Assembly (NCBI GenBank): GCA_002633005.1 | Contig: NMRA01000017.1 | Span: forward strand, 1,760,295-1,824,294 | Reading direction: 5' to 3' | Source: Phoronis australis | Taxonomy: Eukaryota > Animalia > Phoronida | DNA length: 64,000 bases | In this document: positions 27,661-41,230 of the stretch, one piece after another | How the letters are laid out: each line of letters opens with the position of its first letter | How positions within the stretch are numbered: position 1 is the stretch's first letter | The notes under the pieces: generated by a model | Database searches by the model: none | Seen by the model: the letters and a program-made list of their open reading frames with translations, nothing else | Told to the model about the DNA's origin: nothing | Position numbers and translations under genes: made by a program

Positions 27661-28317
27661 GTTGTTTTCTTTAATATATGCTGCTACTTGCTATCATGGA
27701 GACACACTACAGTCACCGGAATCAGCTCTCAGAAGACTATGAGATGGCGTGGTACTGTTACTTCGCACTTTTGTAAATTTATTCGTGTAGTACTAACCTG
27801 AGGGTAACAGAACCTAATGTTGGGAATATCTGCTGTTACGACAATTTAACCGCCATTTGGCGACACACTGGAAAATCTTATTAACGCTATTTCCACATTC
27901 TCTGTTGCCAAAAATCGCGATCTAAAAAACGACTTTTCGAGCTCTATGGTAGCATAGTAAAGCAAATAATGGATTCCGATCACCTGAATAGAAGTGGCGC
28001 TTATTAATTTGTGTTCTTTTATTAGATTGAAAATTTCCATTTTACCGATCCAAAAATCTTGTACGAATTATTTTTTCCAACGCCAATATGTGTACGAACT
28101 ATTTTTCCCTCAGTGCCCTACTGTACGGACTATTGGAGACAAACGGCATGTTTTAAGGGTCCTGCACGAACTAATAGAGTGTACGAATTGATAGGGAAAA
28201 CACCATAGTGAGTATTTGTCTTTTGAAATTTTCTTGTTGTAACTGCAAGCAGCAGTGTATGAACAGTTAGCTAACGTATTCTTTTTCCATAGTAAGTGGT
28301 GCTTTCTGCCCTTTAAG

Positions 28318-28491
28318 GTTATGAAGTCGGAAAAAGAGAAGGCCCATAGTGAGCAAGTCCACCTGCAAATGGCAGCAGCATTCCAGGCAGCGGAAGAATC
28401 TGTTCACCAACTGGCACGCAAGCATCGCCGATCTGTTTCCAAGTCGAGGCCGTTCTTTGACTTGAAGTCTCAGTTAGAGATCAAATTGCAG
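28318..28491 (+). CDS. SH3BP5: SH3BP5 internal exon
   Basis: Acceptor ccctttaag and donor gtttgt; 174 bp, phase 0/0. Encodes VMKSEKEKAHSEQVH...RRSVSKSRPFFDLKSQLEIKLQ, continuing in frame from the previous exon and containing the second 'KSRP(Y/F)F' repeat of the family. Confidence 0.92.
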
Positions 28492-28536
28492 GTTTGTAAA
28501 TTTGAAATTTTGATATGCTGATTTTGAAGTACCTAT

Positions 28537-31500
28537 TACCGTATTCGCCCTAATAACTGCCCATACCCCTATAAGCGCCCCCACTTGTTTTTCAGACTTT
28601 GCCAAAATAAGTGCCCTACCCATGAACGTATACGTGCAAAAAAATGCCTTACCTACAGTCCTAAAATTCTACAGTAACGTCTTCAATTTATCAATAATAT
28701 ACGACAGTCCTGAAAAAAATCATTGTGTGCAGAATTTATAGACCACGAACCTCGCCACTATGTCGGTATTTAGCCTTGACTATACTTTTCAAACTTACGC
28801 AGTGCCTCAAAACAAACACAAAAGTTTTTCTGATATTGCAAGGAATGTGTCTCACTATGGTCTGGTCTTTCAGAGCAGACATAGTGATACTGCTTGTCAA
28901 TTGTGGATATTTCCCGCCCTCAACAGGAATCCAAATTTCTGTGAAACCCGGCGCGAATCGAAGACAAATAAAAATCCTGGCCAATGTTAAAAGCACGTGG
29001 CCAGGAATCGTGTATTACATACATGAACCTGTCATCAAAGACATTAGTCGGCAACTATCCATTCATGAAACGGGTAGCATAGCATCGGCAAGAAATGAAT
29101 ATTGTCCGACAGTTTCTAATACTTTAAAAAATGTTAGCGTTATTTTTAAGAGGGATTGCTTGATTAATCATAATTGGTGTTTTAAGCCAAATAGCAGATA
29201 AAATGACCACTGACAGTAAATGCTTACACACCCTTACACTGAAATATAACTGTCAGATAGTCACGTAGGCATCCAGCCACACGGTGACTTAAATGGGCCT
29301 TAACTGAGACAAATGTCGAAAGTTTTTAGCATGAGACCAGCAAGTGCTGAATGAAACACGCTCTGGTTTATGCCTACTGCTTGTGCAAATTTCTTTAGAC
29401 ACATCTAGCTCGTTAGATTGCATGGCTCTGGCCAAAAGACGGTCGCTTTGGCAAATGACCTCTGTTGACACGCACGCGCTCGCTTACTCACTGACAAACA
29501 TGCTACTTACCGAGACTAATGTTGAACGTTTTTAAATCATGAGACCGGCAAGTGCTGAATGAAACACGTTCTGCTTTAGACCTACTGCTTGGGCTAATTT
29601 CTTTAGATACAATGCACATCTAGCTCGTTAGATTGGGTTTGCTCTGGCAAATGAACTCTGGTGACACGCACGCGCTCGCTTACTCACACACGCTCGCTTA
29701 CTCACACGCTGAACTTCAAAACAAACGTCACGGGTCAACAACATTTCATGTTCGTCCAGAGATTTTTATGTGCCCACATATTGATATGTGGACGCATTAT
29801 GCCGTCATCTCTGTCCGTCCGTCCGGATGGCGTCCGTCCGGCATCCACTGCTCTATCTCCAAAACTGATTGACATATGTTCATGAAATTTTGCACATTTG
29901 TTTCTTTCATGGATGGGACAGCATGAGCGAACTTTCGGACGGATCCAATTACGAGTGTGCCCCCTAGTGGCAATTAATTTTTTTACATTTACCTCTGTAT
30001 CTTTCAAAGGTCTTCAACATATTTTCACAAAATGTGGTATATAGGCATCTATTAGTGACACGACGCTATCCTCCGGTTTTCAGATGGATTCGATGTAGTT
30101 TGCGCCACCTAGTGGCCATTTTTACTATTTTCGAGTTTGTTTATCAGCGTCCACTCCTCTATCAACTAAAGCGCTCTAAGCATGATTGTGAAAATTGGCA
30201 TGTAGGTCCTTACTATGAAAAGGACGGTTGACTATGATTTTCCGATGACTTTGACTACTGTGGCGCCTCCTATTGGCAGTTTTTTTTTTTTGCGCCTATG
30301 GCTCTATCTCCTAAACCGTTTGCAGGATCTTTACGAAATTTAGTAAGTGCATTTATATGATAATGACAACAAAGGAGGACTTTCGGACAGTTCTGACTAC
30401 TGGTGTGCCACCTAGTGGCATTTTTATTTTTTTACGTTTACCTCTGCATCTTGAAAGGTCCTCAACTTATTTTCAAACCGCTTTTGGGATAATTGTGAAA
30501 ATTGGCATGTATGTTTCTACTATGAAGTGGACAGATGAGGGATTTCTGATGACTTTGACTACTGTGGAACTTCCTAGTGACAGTTTCGTTTTTTTTTTTG
30601 CCCATGGCTGACTCCTAAACCGTTTGGAGGATCTTTACTACATTTAAGAGGTATGTTGATGACGACAATTTTCAGATGGATGTGACTACTGGTGTGTCCC
30701 CTTGTGGCAATTGTAGTGTGACGTTTACCTCTGTATCTTCAAAAGTCCTCATCGGATTTTCATGAAATTTTGAATACGGGCATCTATTGGTGAGATGACG
30801 ATATCCTCTCATTTTTGATAGAATCAAGGTATTTTGCGCCATCTAGTCGCCATTTTTGCTGTTTTTGAGTCCGTTTTTGGCGTCTACCCCTCTATCCACC
30901 AAATCATTCTGAGGATTGTTTTGAAAATTGCCATATATGTTCTCAGTGTGAAGAGGACGGTTGATGATGACAACTTTGAATTCTGTGGTCCCTCTTAGAG
31001 GTAATTTTGTTTTGTTTTGCGCCCATGGCTGTTTCTCCTAAACCCACTGCAGGATCTGTATTGAATTGAATTAGTTAGTGTATTTATATGAAGCTAACAA
31101 CAGACAGTGATGACTTTCAGGCAGATCTAATGAAGATTCTGACCCCTAGTGGCAATTTCATTTTAATCTGTTTAATATCCTTTTTTTCTCTGAAGTTCCT
31201 TCACAGATTTCTATGAAATTTGGAGTATTGCTTTCTATTAACAAAGCAATGACATGTTCCCGTTTCCGTATGGATTGTACCTGTTTGCGCCATGTAGTGG
31301 CCGTTTTTATGACACAAATAACCCTAAAAGCACACCATTTGCGATGCATTTGTGGGCGCATTTCAATGATCCGCGTTGCTCTTGTTCTAGTGTTGCCGAT
31401 CATAAATGGCACAATGTAGCACAAATTTGTACTTAACCTGCCATTAATACCGATGCCACGGGAACTTAGAAATCATAGGTACACTATTTGGAAAACTTAA

Positions 31501-31853
31501 GGAGGATTTCAGGTAATTTGCTTGAGTTGAAACTGTATTTTTATTCAAGCATTCAAGTCGCCATTTCGACGATTGCGAGGCAGTCAGTTGGCAAGTTTTC
31601 ACCCTGGGATTTCAGCACAATTTTCTGTAAAATGATCGTAATTGATCAGCAACGTTTGATAGCAATGCACCACAATTTTGTAGAAAGTCTGCCATAGGTT
31701 ACAGATTTGTCACAGAGCATAAATATGATGAAACTTAGCTTCCGATTTCACCTGTTTCGGAGACCGGGTTTCATCCGCCTTGGGTTACAATAAGCGCCCC
31801 CCTGAAACAAACTTTTCTATGCACCCTTGGCGGTGTTTAGGGTGAATACGGTA
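28537..31853. mobile_element. TcMar-like element family A, copy 2 (with nested HINE and internal duplication)
   Basis: TIRs taccgtattcgccctaa ... ttagggtgaatacggta; colinear with 7140-8554; an internal segment of about 170 bp is duplicated at 29320-29700. Confidence 0.85.
29763..31385 (+). mobile_element. HINE/DINE-1-like element, copy 2, nested in a TcMar-like MITE
   Basis: Same termini (tttttatgtgcccaca ... tgtgggcgcatttcaa...gcgttgctcttg), a gtcc microsatellite and internal degenerate repeats. It interrupts MITE sequence that is contiguous at about 8050 and 25715. Confidence 0.78.
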
Positions 31854-32359
31854 GGCCACTTTGCTAGAAATCCTCAAAAATAACTTAGCAAATTTAAGTC
31901 TTTTGAAAATGTTAGAAACTGATTTTTTTACGGGTGATTTGGAATGAAAATAAGTTGGAGAAGTACAGTCAGTTTTATGTGTGGTAAAAAGGACTGTCAG
32001 CGCAAGTCACTATTATTCTGATGTCCATTGTGACATCTACTTTAACAGGGGACTGTAGTAAAAATAATGCAGCAGTTATCCGATTCGAACATACAAAAAA
32101 ATCTCATATTTGCCCGAGTTGCGACCTAAACAAAATCTCATTCATAGTTATTGTCAAAGGATTGAAATCCTGCCAGCAATCCCTGATTGGCTGGTATGTC
32201 AGTGACGTAGCTGGTGGGGCCTCGACCTCTTATCACATTTTGCTGTGCCATATTGTGAAGTGTTTACATCTTATTTTATCATTGTACCAGCCATTCTTAT
32301 TTTTTACTGTATGCCACAGTGTTGTAAAAGGTTCTCCATGCTTTTTTGTATGGCTCCTG

Positions 32360-33815
32360 CAGGGATTTACCTAGGTTTCAAAACCCCGTTCGCCAGCTGG
32401 GCGAGTGAGCCAGAAAATCTACTCGCCCAGCTCAAAGTGCATTAGCCCAGCTGTTTGCGTCACTTGCTGCCAATGTCATCATTTCGTTTGTTGATGTCAC
32501 CATCTATTAGGGCTAGTATAATCGGTTTTAGAAAATGAATTCCTACTAAGAAACGTTTGACATCGATGAATTCCCAGCAACGCAAGACGTTACCTTGGCG
32601 CAAAGCTATAAGCAATGTAGTAACATAGGCTACAGCTACGGTGCCGATGTGGGTAAAAGACTGACGAGATAAAATCTGACACATATTAAAGTAGTTTTAT
32701 TAAAAACTGCACTCTTCCTAACTCCTGATACCAAAATGGAAGCGCCCAACCAAAAGTAACAGCGCAAAAAATCAACTTCTCATTAAACGCAAGTCAAACA
32801 TTCCGTCCACATCCACGTGGTCAAAAACTTATTCTTTGAACTTTTGATTTGCCTGTTGACTTTTTACATGATGTGACTGTTTGCTTCATTATTTTGGCAG
32901 CCTACTGAGTACCCCTATGCGTAATATCATCTGATTGTTGAGCACGTGCTTTGAACAAGTGCAGTTTTGGCTTTAAATTAAAAAATGAAATATACAATGT
33001 ATATAAATTAAGTTCAAAGTATTCACTTAGCAAATCTGTCAATCAGTAGCACGTGTTTGGTTGCCAAACTACAAGTTCAAAGTATTCAGTAAGAAGACCT
33101 GTCAATCATTAGCATGCGTTGTGGTTGTCTAGATGTCCAGCGGGAAGCAAATCTTTACAAAATCAAATACTTCCCTTAGAAATACACTGCGAACTAGCGG
33201 AATCTTGCTTGTTCTGTCGTTTCTCTCAAGAAACTTGCCCTACTGAATGCACGCCTACCTGTAGGAATACCTTAGTTCTAAGAAATGACAAACAGCCACC
33301 GAGGTACGTAATAACCCAATCATGCTCGGGATCACAACACCACTTTATCGTGCATTACAGGCTGTCTGAACTCCGTTACTTCAATCTCCCAACCTATCTT
33401 TCAACTGATGTGCTTGAAGTCTGGCATCAGTGTAGCTCCGTGAGGGTAAACTCGGCCCTCCGTACAGTAAGAAACAACTCAAGACTTTTCAAAAATTTTG
33501 GTTTTAACCGCCCAGCCCCTGTTTTTCAGATTTCCAATTTCACTTGATGTGAGCTCATAGACCGGTCTTCCTCCTTCCCCCCTTTTTCTTCATTTCGGAC
33601 TAGTCCACAAATTCCTTTGTGCACGACCAACCATGGTGATCTCTTGTCTAGACGAATCGTGTGAGGGGTGACATCACTGAATCGATAGAATGCTTTTGCA
33701 CTCTGAAAATTTGCTTGCCACATGGGCAAGCGGAAAGACAATTTCTACTCGCCCCGCACCATTTTTACTCGTATTGGCAGCCGGGCTACTGGGCAAGTGG
33801 CTAAGTATATCCCTG
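32360..33815. mobile_element. hAT-like non-autonomous element
   Basis: TIRs cagggatttacctag / ctaagtatatccctg; subterminal tactcgccc repeats; ctcctg on both flanks. Confidence 0.75.
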
Positions 33816-34824
33816 CTCCTGGTTGTTCAAACTCTTCGAAAAAGGTGTCTTCTAAGGGATGGTCATCGCATACCATCGCCGGGTTGCCCAAACCTTGGCC
33901 CAAAGTTGTATACTTAATGAACAGGTTTACGCCGATGTGGGTAAAAAAGGGACAAATAATTTCTGACTCAAAATTTGTGTCATTAAAACTACTCTCTTCC
34001 TTGAATAAACGAACTAATATTTAGCGGTGTTGGAAAATTTAGTGGTCGTTAATCGGCTGCCGCTAAAATTGTGGTACGTTTTGTTGATTCGGCATTTGAC
34101 GATTACGTCACCTGACCTTGACCAATTTCTTTTCCCCCCGATTTTTTTATCAACTGTTCTTCGCTGCCGGCACAAGGTTACGTACGTGTCACAACAAATC
34201 ATCGGAACTTGTTTCATTTCTTCACAAGTGTTTAGCATTTCAATACCAGCAAACTGAATTTTAGAACAAACCTTCCTGCTGCGAAGCTGTCATCCGAAAG
34301 ACAACGCAAAATTTTAGGAAATGACGCGTGCGCCGTGTCACCAGTGTGATGTTTTTGAAAACAAACGACAGACTTTTCTTTGTTACAAAAAGCGGCAAAT
34401 TATGCTAGAAAATGACGTTTATTTGATTGTTTTCCACCTAAAGAGCTGCAACGAACAAGGTGAGAGTTGGTTGACTACCAGATTTTGCATGCAACCCCGC
34501 CGGTCGTTAGCCCCGCCTATATGTGGATGTAAGTTCAACAGAAGAGGTGACAAGCATAACTATCCAAGTGGTCAATGGACAATGTGAAATTTCAGGGTCT
34601 AACGGTGTCACGTTTTTCCCCATATGTGGGTGGGCGCAGGTTGTTACAGACCGGTGCTAATAGCTTTCAGTGCGAAGATTGACTGAAGACTGGTTTATTA
34701 ATCCCGACTGTACGGTCACAAGCCTACTCAAACAAAACGTCCGACGTAATGTCTGTTTATGCTCCAGCCAGTGCTGCGAAGCCTTGACTTGTATTGAACT
34801 TCTGAGATACTTCCAGCGACTGTT

Positions 34825-36620
34825 CAGGGCTCGACATAACAAGCTGCAGGTCGCATTTGCGACCTGAAATTTGGAAATGCGAGCTGAGATTTTTGTCAGC
34901 TCGTATCAAGTCGCAAANTATCAGCTGGGGGAAAACAAATTGTTGCGGCTGATGAAAGTGAGTGCCGAATATTTTTACAAAACTGCGACAACAAATAGAA
35001 AAACAGGGCTCGACATAACGAGCTGCAGGTCGCATTTGCGACCTGAAATTTGGAAATGCGAGCTGAGATTTTTGTCAGCTCGTATCAAATCGCAAAATGC
35101 GACCTGGAATTTCCAACGAATGCGAGCTGAGTTTTTGCACTTCTCAACAGATACCTGGCAAATACCAAGCAGCTCTTGTTAATCCGACCGTTATTTGCAT
35201 GGTTGTTGCCAAATCCAAGTTCAAAAGAACACTAACCTAGAACTGCCCTCCCGACGACTTGTAAGCAAGTCGCGTGAACATGGGATATGCAGAATCGATC
35301 TTTGACGCATTTCATTGGCTAACACTTTCGGCCACTTTTGTAAATTCCCGGATTCGCCGAAGAAAGTTTCGGGCCACTGCTTAACACGTGATAAAACTTC
35401 ACAAAAGAACGGTGTTTCTACTAATTCTTAAGCGATCAACTCGCCAAACTTTGTGGTGGACAAAAATTTTATTTTTCACATAAGATGTCCTTATTACATG
35501 TACCAAATATCCACGACAATATCCCTGATATCGCACTGCGGCACCGTTAGCGCGCAAGCGGTCCCGGCAGACAATCGTGGCTTAGACTGAGATGTGCTTC
35601 TGCCTTTTATCGTATTAAGACAGCTAAAGTGAAAATGACAACCTTATTAATGACGGTCACGTCTTTACTTTCAGTTGCCAAGAAATTCTCAACCCTTTAC
35701 TTGTTTCTGGGGCTACGTGCGCGAAATATAATTTGTCTTTCACACGTTGTTGCCAACGTAAAGTGTAGGCCTACTCCAGCGATTCAAGTGCGTGAACTCA
35801 CGCGTGCGCACCACTTCAAAGAACAGCGACAGTCCTAAATGAAAGAGTATACCGGCTTGGCTCTGGTTTATTTGAAAATGAACTCAGATTTCCAGCGGTT
35901 ATAAAAGACCCAATGTCCCGGGACCGATATAACCCAGAACTGACGTTTTCCTATTCCGATGTTTCCCGAGGTCGATGTTCTGTAAACCCTGTATTCTATG
36001 CCCGTAGCAAGCTATTGCAACTAAACTGGCACTAGATGCGAAATTGTGGTTCAACTTNNNNNNNNNNNNNNNNNNNNNNNNNNNNNNNNNNNNNNNNNNN
36101 NNNNNNNNNNNNNNNNNNNNNNNNNNNNNNNNNNNNNNNNNNNNNNNNNNNNNNNNNNNNNNNNNNNNNNNNNNNNNNNNNNNNNNNNNNNNNNNNNNNN
36201 NNNNNNNNNNNNNNNNNNNNNNNNNNNNNNNNNNNNNNNNNNNNNNNNNNNNNNNNNNNNNNNNNNNNNNNNNNNNNNNNNNNNNNNNNNNNNNNNNNNN
36301 NNNNNNNNNNNNNNNNNNNNNNNNNNNNNNNNNNNNNNNNNNNNNNNNNNNNNNNNNNNNNNNNNNNNNNNNNNNNNNNNNNNNNNNNNNNNNNNNNNNN
36401 NNNNNNNNNNNNNNNNNNNNNNNNNNNNNNNNNNNNNNNNNNNNNNNNNNNNNNNNNNNNNNNNNNNNNNNNNNNNNNNNNNNNNNNNNNNNNNNNNNNN
36501 NNNNNNNNAAAATTTTGCGACCTGGCATTTACGAATGCGAGCTGGATTTTGAAAATGCGACCTGAGATTTTGGCTAGGTCGCAACATGCGACCTGGCGAT
36601 TTTAATAGCGTCGAGCCCTG
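34825..36620. mobile_element. hAT-like non-autonomous element (CAGGGCTCGAC TIR), containing an N gap
   Basis: cagggctcgac at 34825 (repeated at 35004) and gtcgagccctg ending at 36620; subterminal tgcgacctg/tgcgagctg repeats; ctgtt on both flanks. Confidence 0.7.
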
Positions 36621-36621
36621 C

Positions 36622-37105
36622 TGTTACACTCGATTCAATAACCTGCTGTCTCTAAGCTGGCTCTCTATTGACTATCGCTGTAACTGCTGATTCTCTTCAC
36701 TGCAACTCAACTGTAGTTCTCCTGATTAACTTTCTTGAACTGACTTGATCTTCTCGTGAACTGACTTGATCTTCTTGGACTCAACTGACTAACACATACC
36801 TGTGCTTGTGTATTTATAGCCTAATGCATTGTTCTAGAACTTTTCATCAATTCAAGCACATACCAGAACTTTCTGGAACCTACCCAATCATTCTACAAAC
36901 ATGCACTAGTCTCTAGAATATTCCAGACTGCATTAATCACTGTCATTGCTAGAGTCTTCTAGAAAGTTCCACACTATACTGTAGTAAACAAATTACATCA
37001 TCACTGTTCTGACCTCAGGGGTCATGCCAATCGAACAGAATAACAAAACAAAACAATACAACTAAAAATACTGTCAGACCATATTCTGACAAACAGACCT
37101 TAACA
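36622..37105 (-). mobile_element. Possible solo LTR
   Basis: tgtta...taaca termini, TATA-like ctataaata on the minus strand and ttctagaa repeats; no TSD found. Confidence 0.35.
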
Positions 37106-39959
37106 CACAGTGGTACGATAGTCTTCATACAGCTATAGTCTGTAACTAACCAACCCTTAAAAAATTTACAGGCTGAATATTGGCTGGCAGCTTGCTGGCT
37201 AGCTAGTGTTCGCTACTTAGCCCACAGTCACACCAGTGTAAATTGGTTGCACTGGCATTTTTTCGTCAGACAATGAGGACGACTAGGTATCACTTTGTGC
37301 TGTTACCTCTGCTCAAACAGGAATCCCTGGTAACCCAACAATTCTCACTAAAATTTCAAATAGTAAAACTAGTACAACTAAAAAGACGAACGTTGATATT
37401 AAGTACTAGTCCACGAGAGCACCAACCATGAGCGGCAAGGTGGGGGTCAGCCGATTTTCACCAAATTTGGCACATATGTAGTCCTATGGGATCTATAAAC
37501 AGCGGTAAAATATTTCCTCAAAATATTGCGTTTTTCTAAAGTTATAGGTTCAAACACATTTTACGGCTTCGCAGCCATGTTTTCACGGTATAAAAACTGT
37601 CCAGTTTTAACTGTCCATATTTTTCCTTGAATGAAAGCTATTGATTTATTATTCACTTGGCATTGTTTAGTGGAGCTTATAGATTGTTACACAGATGTCT
37701 TTTGAAACACGATTCCGATTTACCACCCTCATTTAGTAGTATTACTACACTGCCCCCCCGTTATGCCATTTTGAGGTTGTGTTCAGTACACTGCTGTACC
37801 AAATCTGCCCCCACTGTTATGAGAATGAAACTTAGCCAAAATGTTGACAAAACATGTTACTTTCATTGCATAAAATAAAAACTTTGTCAGCCAGTTTATT
37901 AGTTATACATTTTGGCACCTCAGATGTACTAAAATGAGAAATTTTCATATATCTGAGATCGATGCGTGAGCACCGTAAAATCCGATTGTCCTTCATGTTT
38001 TTCGATATTTTGCAACCAGTTAGTTCCTCCTGAATGTTTTGAACGTTTTACTACTTATCACTTAAGGCTGTAGTACCCCTAAATACCATACAATGGCTCC
38101 ATTTTGTAAAAAGCAGATTATGTCCTCCACAGTGAACATGGTTAGACATGAACTTGACAAATGTAGGTTATTTTGATTTACAGTTGTTTTACTTTGCAAT
38201 TTCCTCATGGGTATTTCTTCACACATATTCAAGTCAGATTTTCTGTTGATCAAATGTTCATGCAATGCATTGTAATATCAAATGAATGATAAGTTTGGTG
38301 GCATGACCGCAATTTTTCCCACGACTAACAAAAGACCGTAGAAATTTTCCTGACGAAATACCCGGTTTGCAGTTCTCTAAAAACCATGATTCGAATGACA
38401 AGACAAACTCCACCACTGTCCATGGCAACTCGTCGCATGTTTTTCGCCCATCGGTCCTTTCATTCTTTTCCTTTGTTGTGTCATTGTTGGATATAACAAC
38501 ACAGGTCGCATGGATATAGAACCTTGCGTACCGCAGACCGTTGCCGATAAGTGCTCGTCATTATATCTTTATTATAACAACGGGAACAATGAAGATGTTA
38601 ATCTACTGTTCTCTGTTCGACCAGGTTTCCCGTGGATGACCACAGAAGAGGAATCCCAAAGTATCTACAAACAATGACCACGCACCTTAGTAACTATTAC
38701 CGCGCATACGAATCCTTTCCGTGGAACCTAAACACCAAATTTNCATCTAAGTGAGAAATACACAAACAACAACCAATGAGAACCATCAAAGGCAGTTTCA
38801 TGCAAATGTTTTTGAGACTCGTATCGGTAAAGTCTGTCGTGGGGCCAGAGACCGTAGAGAGGTTAGCGTCTTTGGTGGGGCCCACGAAATATTGAAAAAT
38901 GTGCTACGAAAACCGAAATTCTGGCCTCCCAGAAGACGGCCGTTGCATAAACGGCTGCGCAACGGTGTCTTTGCTGACAACATACACTTCGCAGAACTAA
39001 CCACCGAGCCTTATTATTTTATTTTCAATGGGTAATATGATTAGTTCTCCGCCGAACACAAAAAGGTGACTGCAAAAGCGAAAAGGCCTAATGCAACGAG
39101 CAGCGACTTTCGTGCCGGACTGCACCTCCAGTGAGCAGGTAGTGGATTAGGCGTATAGGTAGCACTGGGCCTTTGTTTAAATTGACTAGTTGTTCCGGAT
39201 GAATTGAAAAGATAATAGAGAGATTATTTACACGCCGCGTTACATCATAAATAGACTTGCGGCCCGGTCTGCCGCTTGAGTGAGTCCGATGATTAGGCTG
39301 TACACAACGGACCACCGACTTCCTTAGGCTTAGCCTTTATTCAGTTTCAATGGGCTATGGCGAGTTGCTGTGAACCAGTGAAGAACTTATTAACGACGAC
39401 GACGTCTTTTTTACAAAGTAGAACCTATATTTTTAAACTGGTCGCGGNTGTCACTTTCATTTTACACAACTTCAGTTTTCAGAAACGTCCTTTCACAATA
39501 TGTAAAAACCAAATCCCGGCTTTGTTTTATACCTCGGAAAGAAAGTTAACACTTGTGACATTCGTGTCGTTTTGTGACTGACCTATTTTTCCCGTACTTG
39601 GAAGGTATGAGGAGCAAACTCGCCATTACCAGAGTTAGTTTGAATCGTTAACGACTTTGATGACAGCCAGTAGCAGGCCAGATCTAACAAAATCTCGGAT
39701 ACTTTTTCAACTGGTATTTCCTCCCTTTTCACATCGCAAATTTAACTATTTGAATGCACGGCAAGTCAGAGCACTGATTCAACTTTCACGTCGGCAACTT
39801 GCCTTGCGCTCTGGAGTCTTTCAATGGCGGTCGTGAAGACTAGTAAGGCCGTACCTGCATGAATGAAGTCAATTTTGAGATCCAAAATTTTTGAGTATTT
39901 AACGCTGCAGGTAAGACCATAATCTAAACATTTTCTCAATGATCTAAAAAATCTATTTT

Positions 39960-40083
39960 GGCGCGTAAAAATGGCGGGAAAATTTTGCGACCTGGCATTT
40001 ACGAATGCGAGCTGGATTTCGAAAATGCGACCTGAGATTTTGGCTAGGTCGCAAAATGCCGATTTTAATAGCGTCGAGCCCTG
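39960..40083. mobile_element. Second right end of the CAGGGCTCGAC element
   Basis: Near-identical to 36509-36620, ending gcgtcgagccctg. Confidence 0.7.
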
Positions 40084-40689
40084 TAGTGGATGACAATAAC
40101 AACTGAACTTCAACACGTTCGTTGGAAATCACACCACCCATTGTTGCCAATCGATTTTAGAACGCTCTCTGGCACTAACCTGACTTCCAAAACTTGTGAA
40201 ATGTCTTCTTGCTGGCTAGCCAACACACGACTTTTTCTTCGAAGTTGACTGTCGTTATAAAATTCAAACTGTGGACTTCCGGTGGAAACTGCCTTACGAA
40301 TACAACTCAACACAAAGGAAACTTGCACAATAACTACGTTCTTTTAAGAATTGCATGAGTTCTATTGATTAGATTGTACTGACCAGGTCAGTGTCTCAGG
40401 GGATTAACACTGGGTGCATTCTTACTGCTGTTGGTCACCGGATGTTCGTCTACATTTAAATTCACGCGCGATAATGATTACGTAATTGCACTAAATCAGT
40501 ACTGGTTAAACTTTCGTCCTTTTACGGTTTGTATCTATATAAATGTTAAGGAAACATTTGGGCAACATTTTTATGAGATGATGGGTTTTGCATGAGCAAA
40601 TAATTATTTTTTGTTGGAAAATAATGGGAAAATTTTTGAACCAAAAATTAAAAAATATCTCACTATATTCAAATTTTAAAAACTAGAAA

Positions 40690-41230
40690 ACGTAAATTTT
40701 CATCACATAGAAACCTTAGTGTTTTTAGAAAATTCAAGTTTTCCACACATGAAAAAATCCAGTTTTCTGAAAAACTTAAGAAGTCAGGAAAACTTAAGTT
40801 TCTATAATTGGAAAAACTAAAGTTTTCGAAAAACTTAAGAAGTCAGGAAAACTTAAGTTTTTAAAATTACAAAAACTTAAGTTTTGTGATAAACTTAAGT
40901 TATCAGAAAAACTTAAGTTTTGTTAGTTCAAAAAACTTAAGTTTTCATGAAAACTTAAGTTATTACTTGAAACTTAAGTTTATTTGGGAAAACTTAAGTT
41001 TTACACCTGAGAAAACTTAAGTTTTCTGAAAAACTTAACATTGTGCTGAAAAACTTAAGTTTTCTGAAAAACTTAACATTGTGCTGAAAAACTTAAGTTT
41101 TTGGCGAAAAACTTAAGTTTTAAAAACTTAAGTTTCTTTTAAAAACTTAAGTTTTTCGGAAGATTTTAAGTTTTTCCTCTAAAACTTAAGTTATTTTCCA
41201 AAAACTTTTTCGTCAAAAACTTAAGTTCAT
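40690..41230. repeat. Minisatellite with palindromic core AAAACTTAAGTTTT (about 20-bp period)
   Basis: Many aaacttaagtt units, with about 40-bp higher-order duplications (gttttctgaaaaacttaacattgtgctgaaaaacttaa twice). Confidence 0.9.

Noticed and set aside
28725-29201. 158-aa ORF as MITE transposase
   Set aside because: No DDE or HTH motifs, and the ORF is not conserved in the 7140-8554 copy.
40690-41230. CRISPR array
   Set aside because: Spacers are only a few bases and are reused, there are no cas genes, and the context is eukaryotic.
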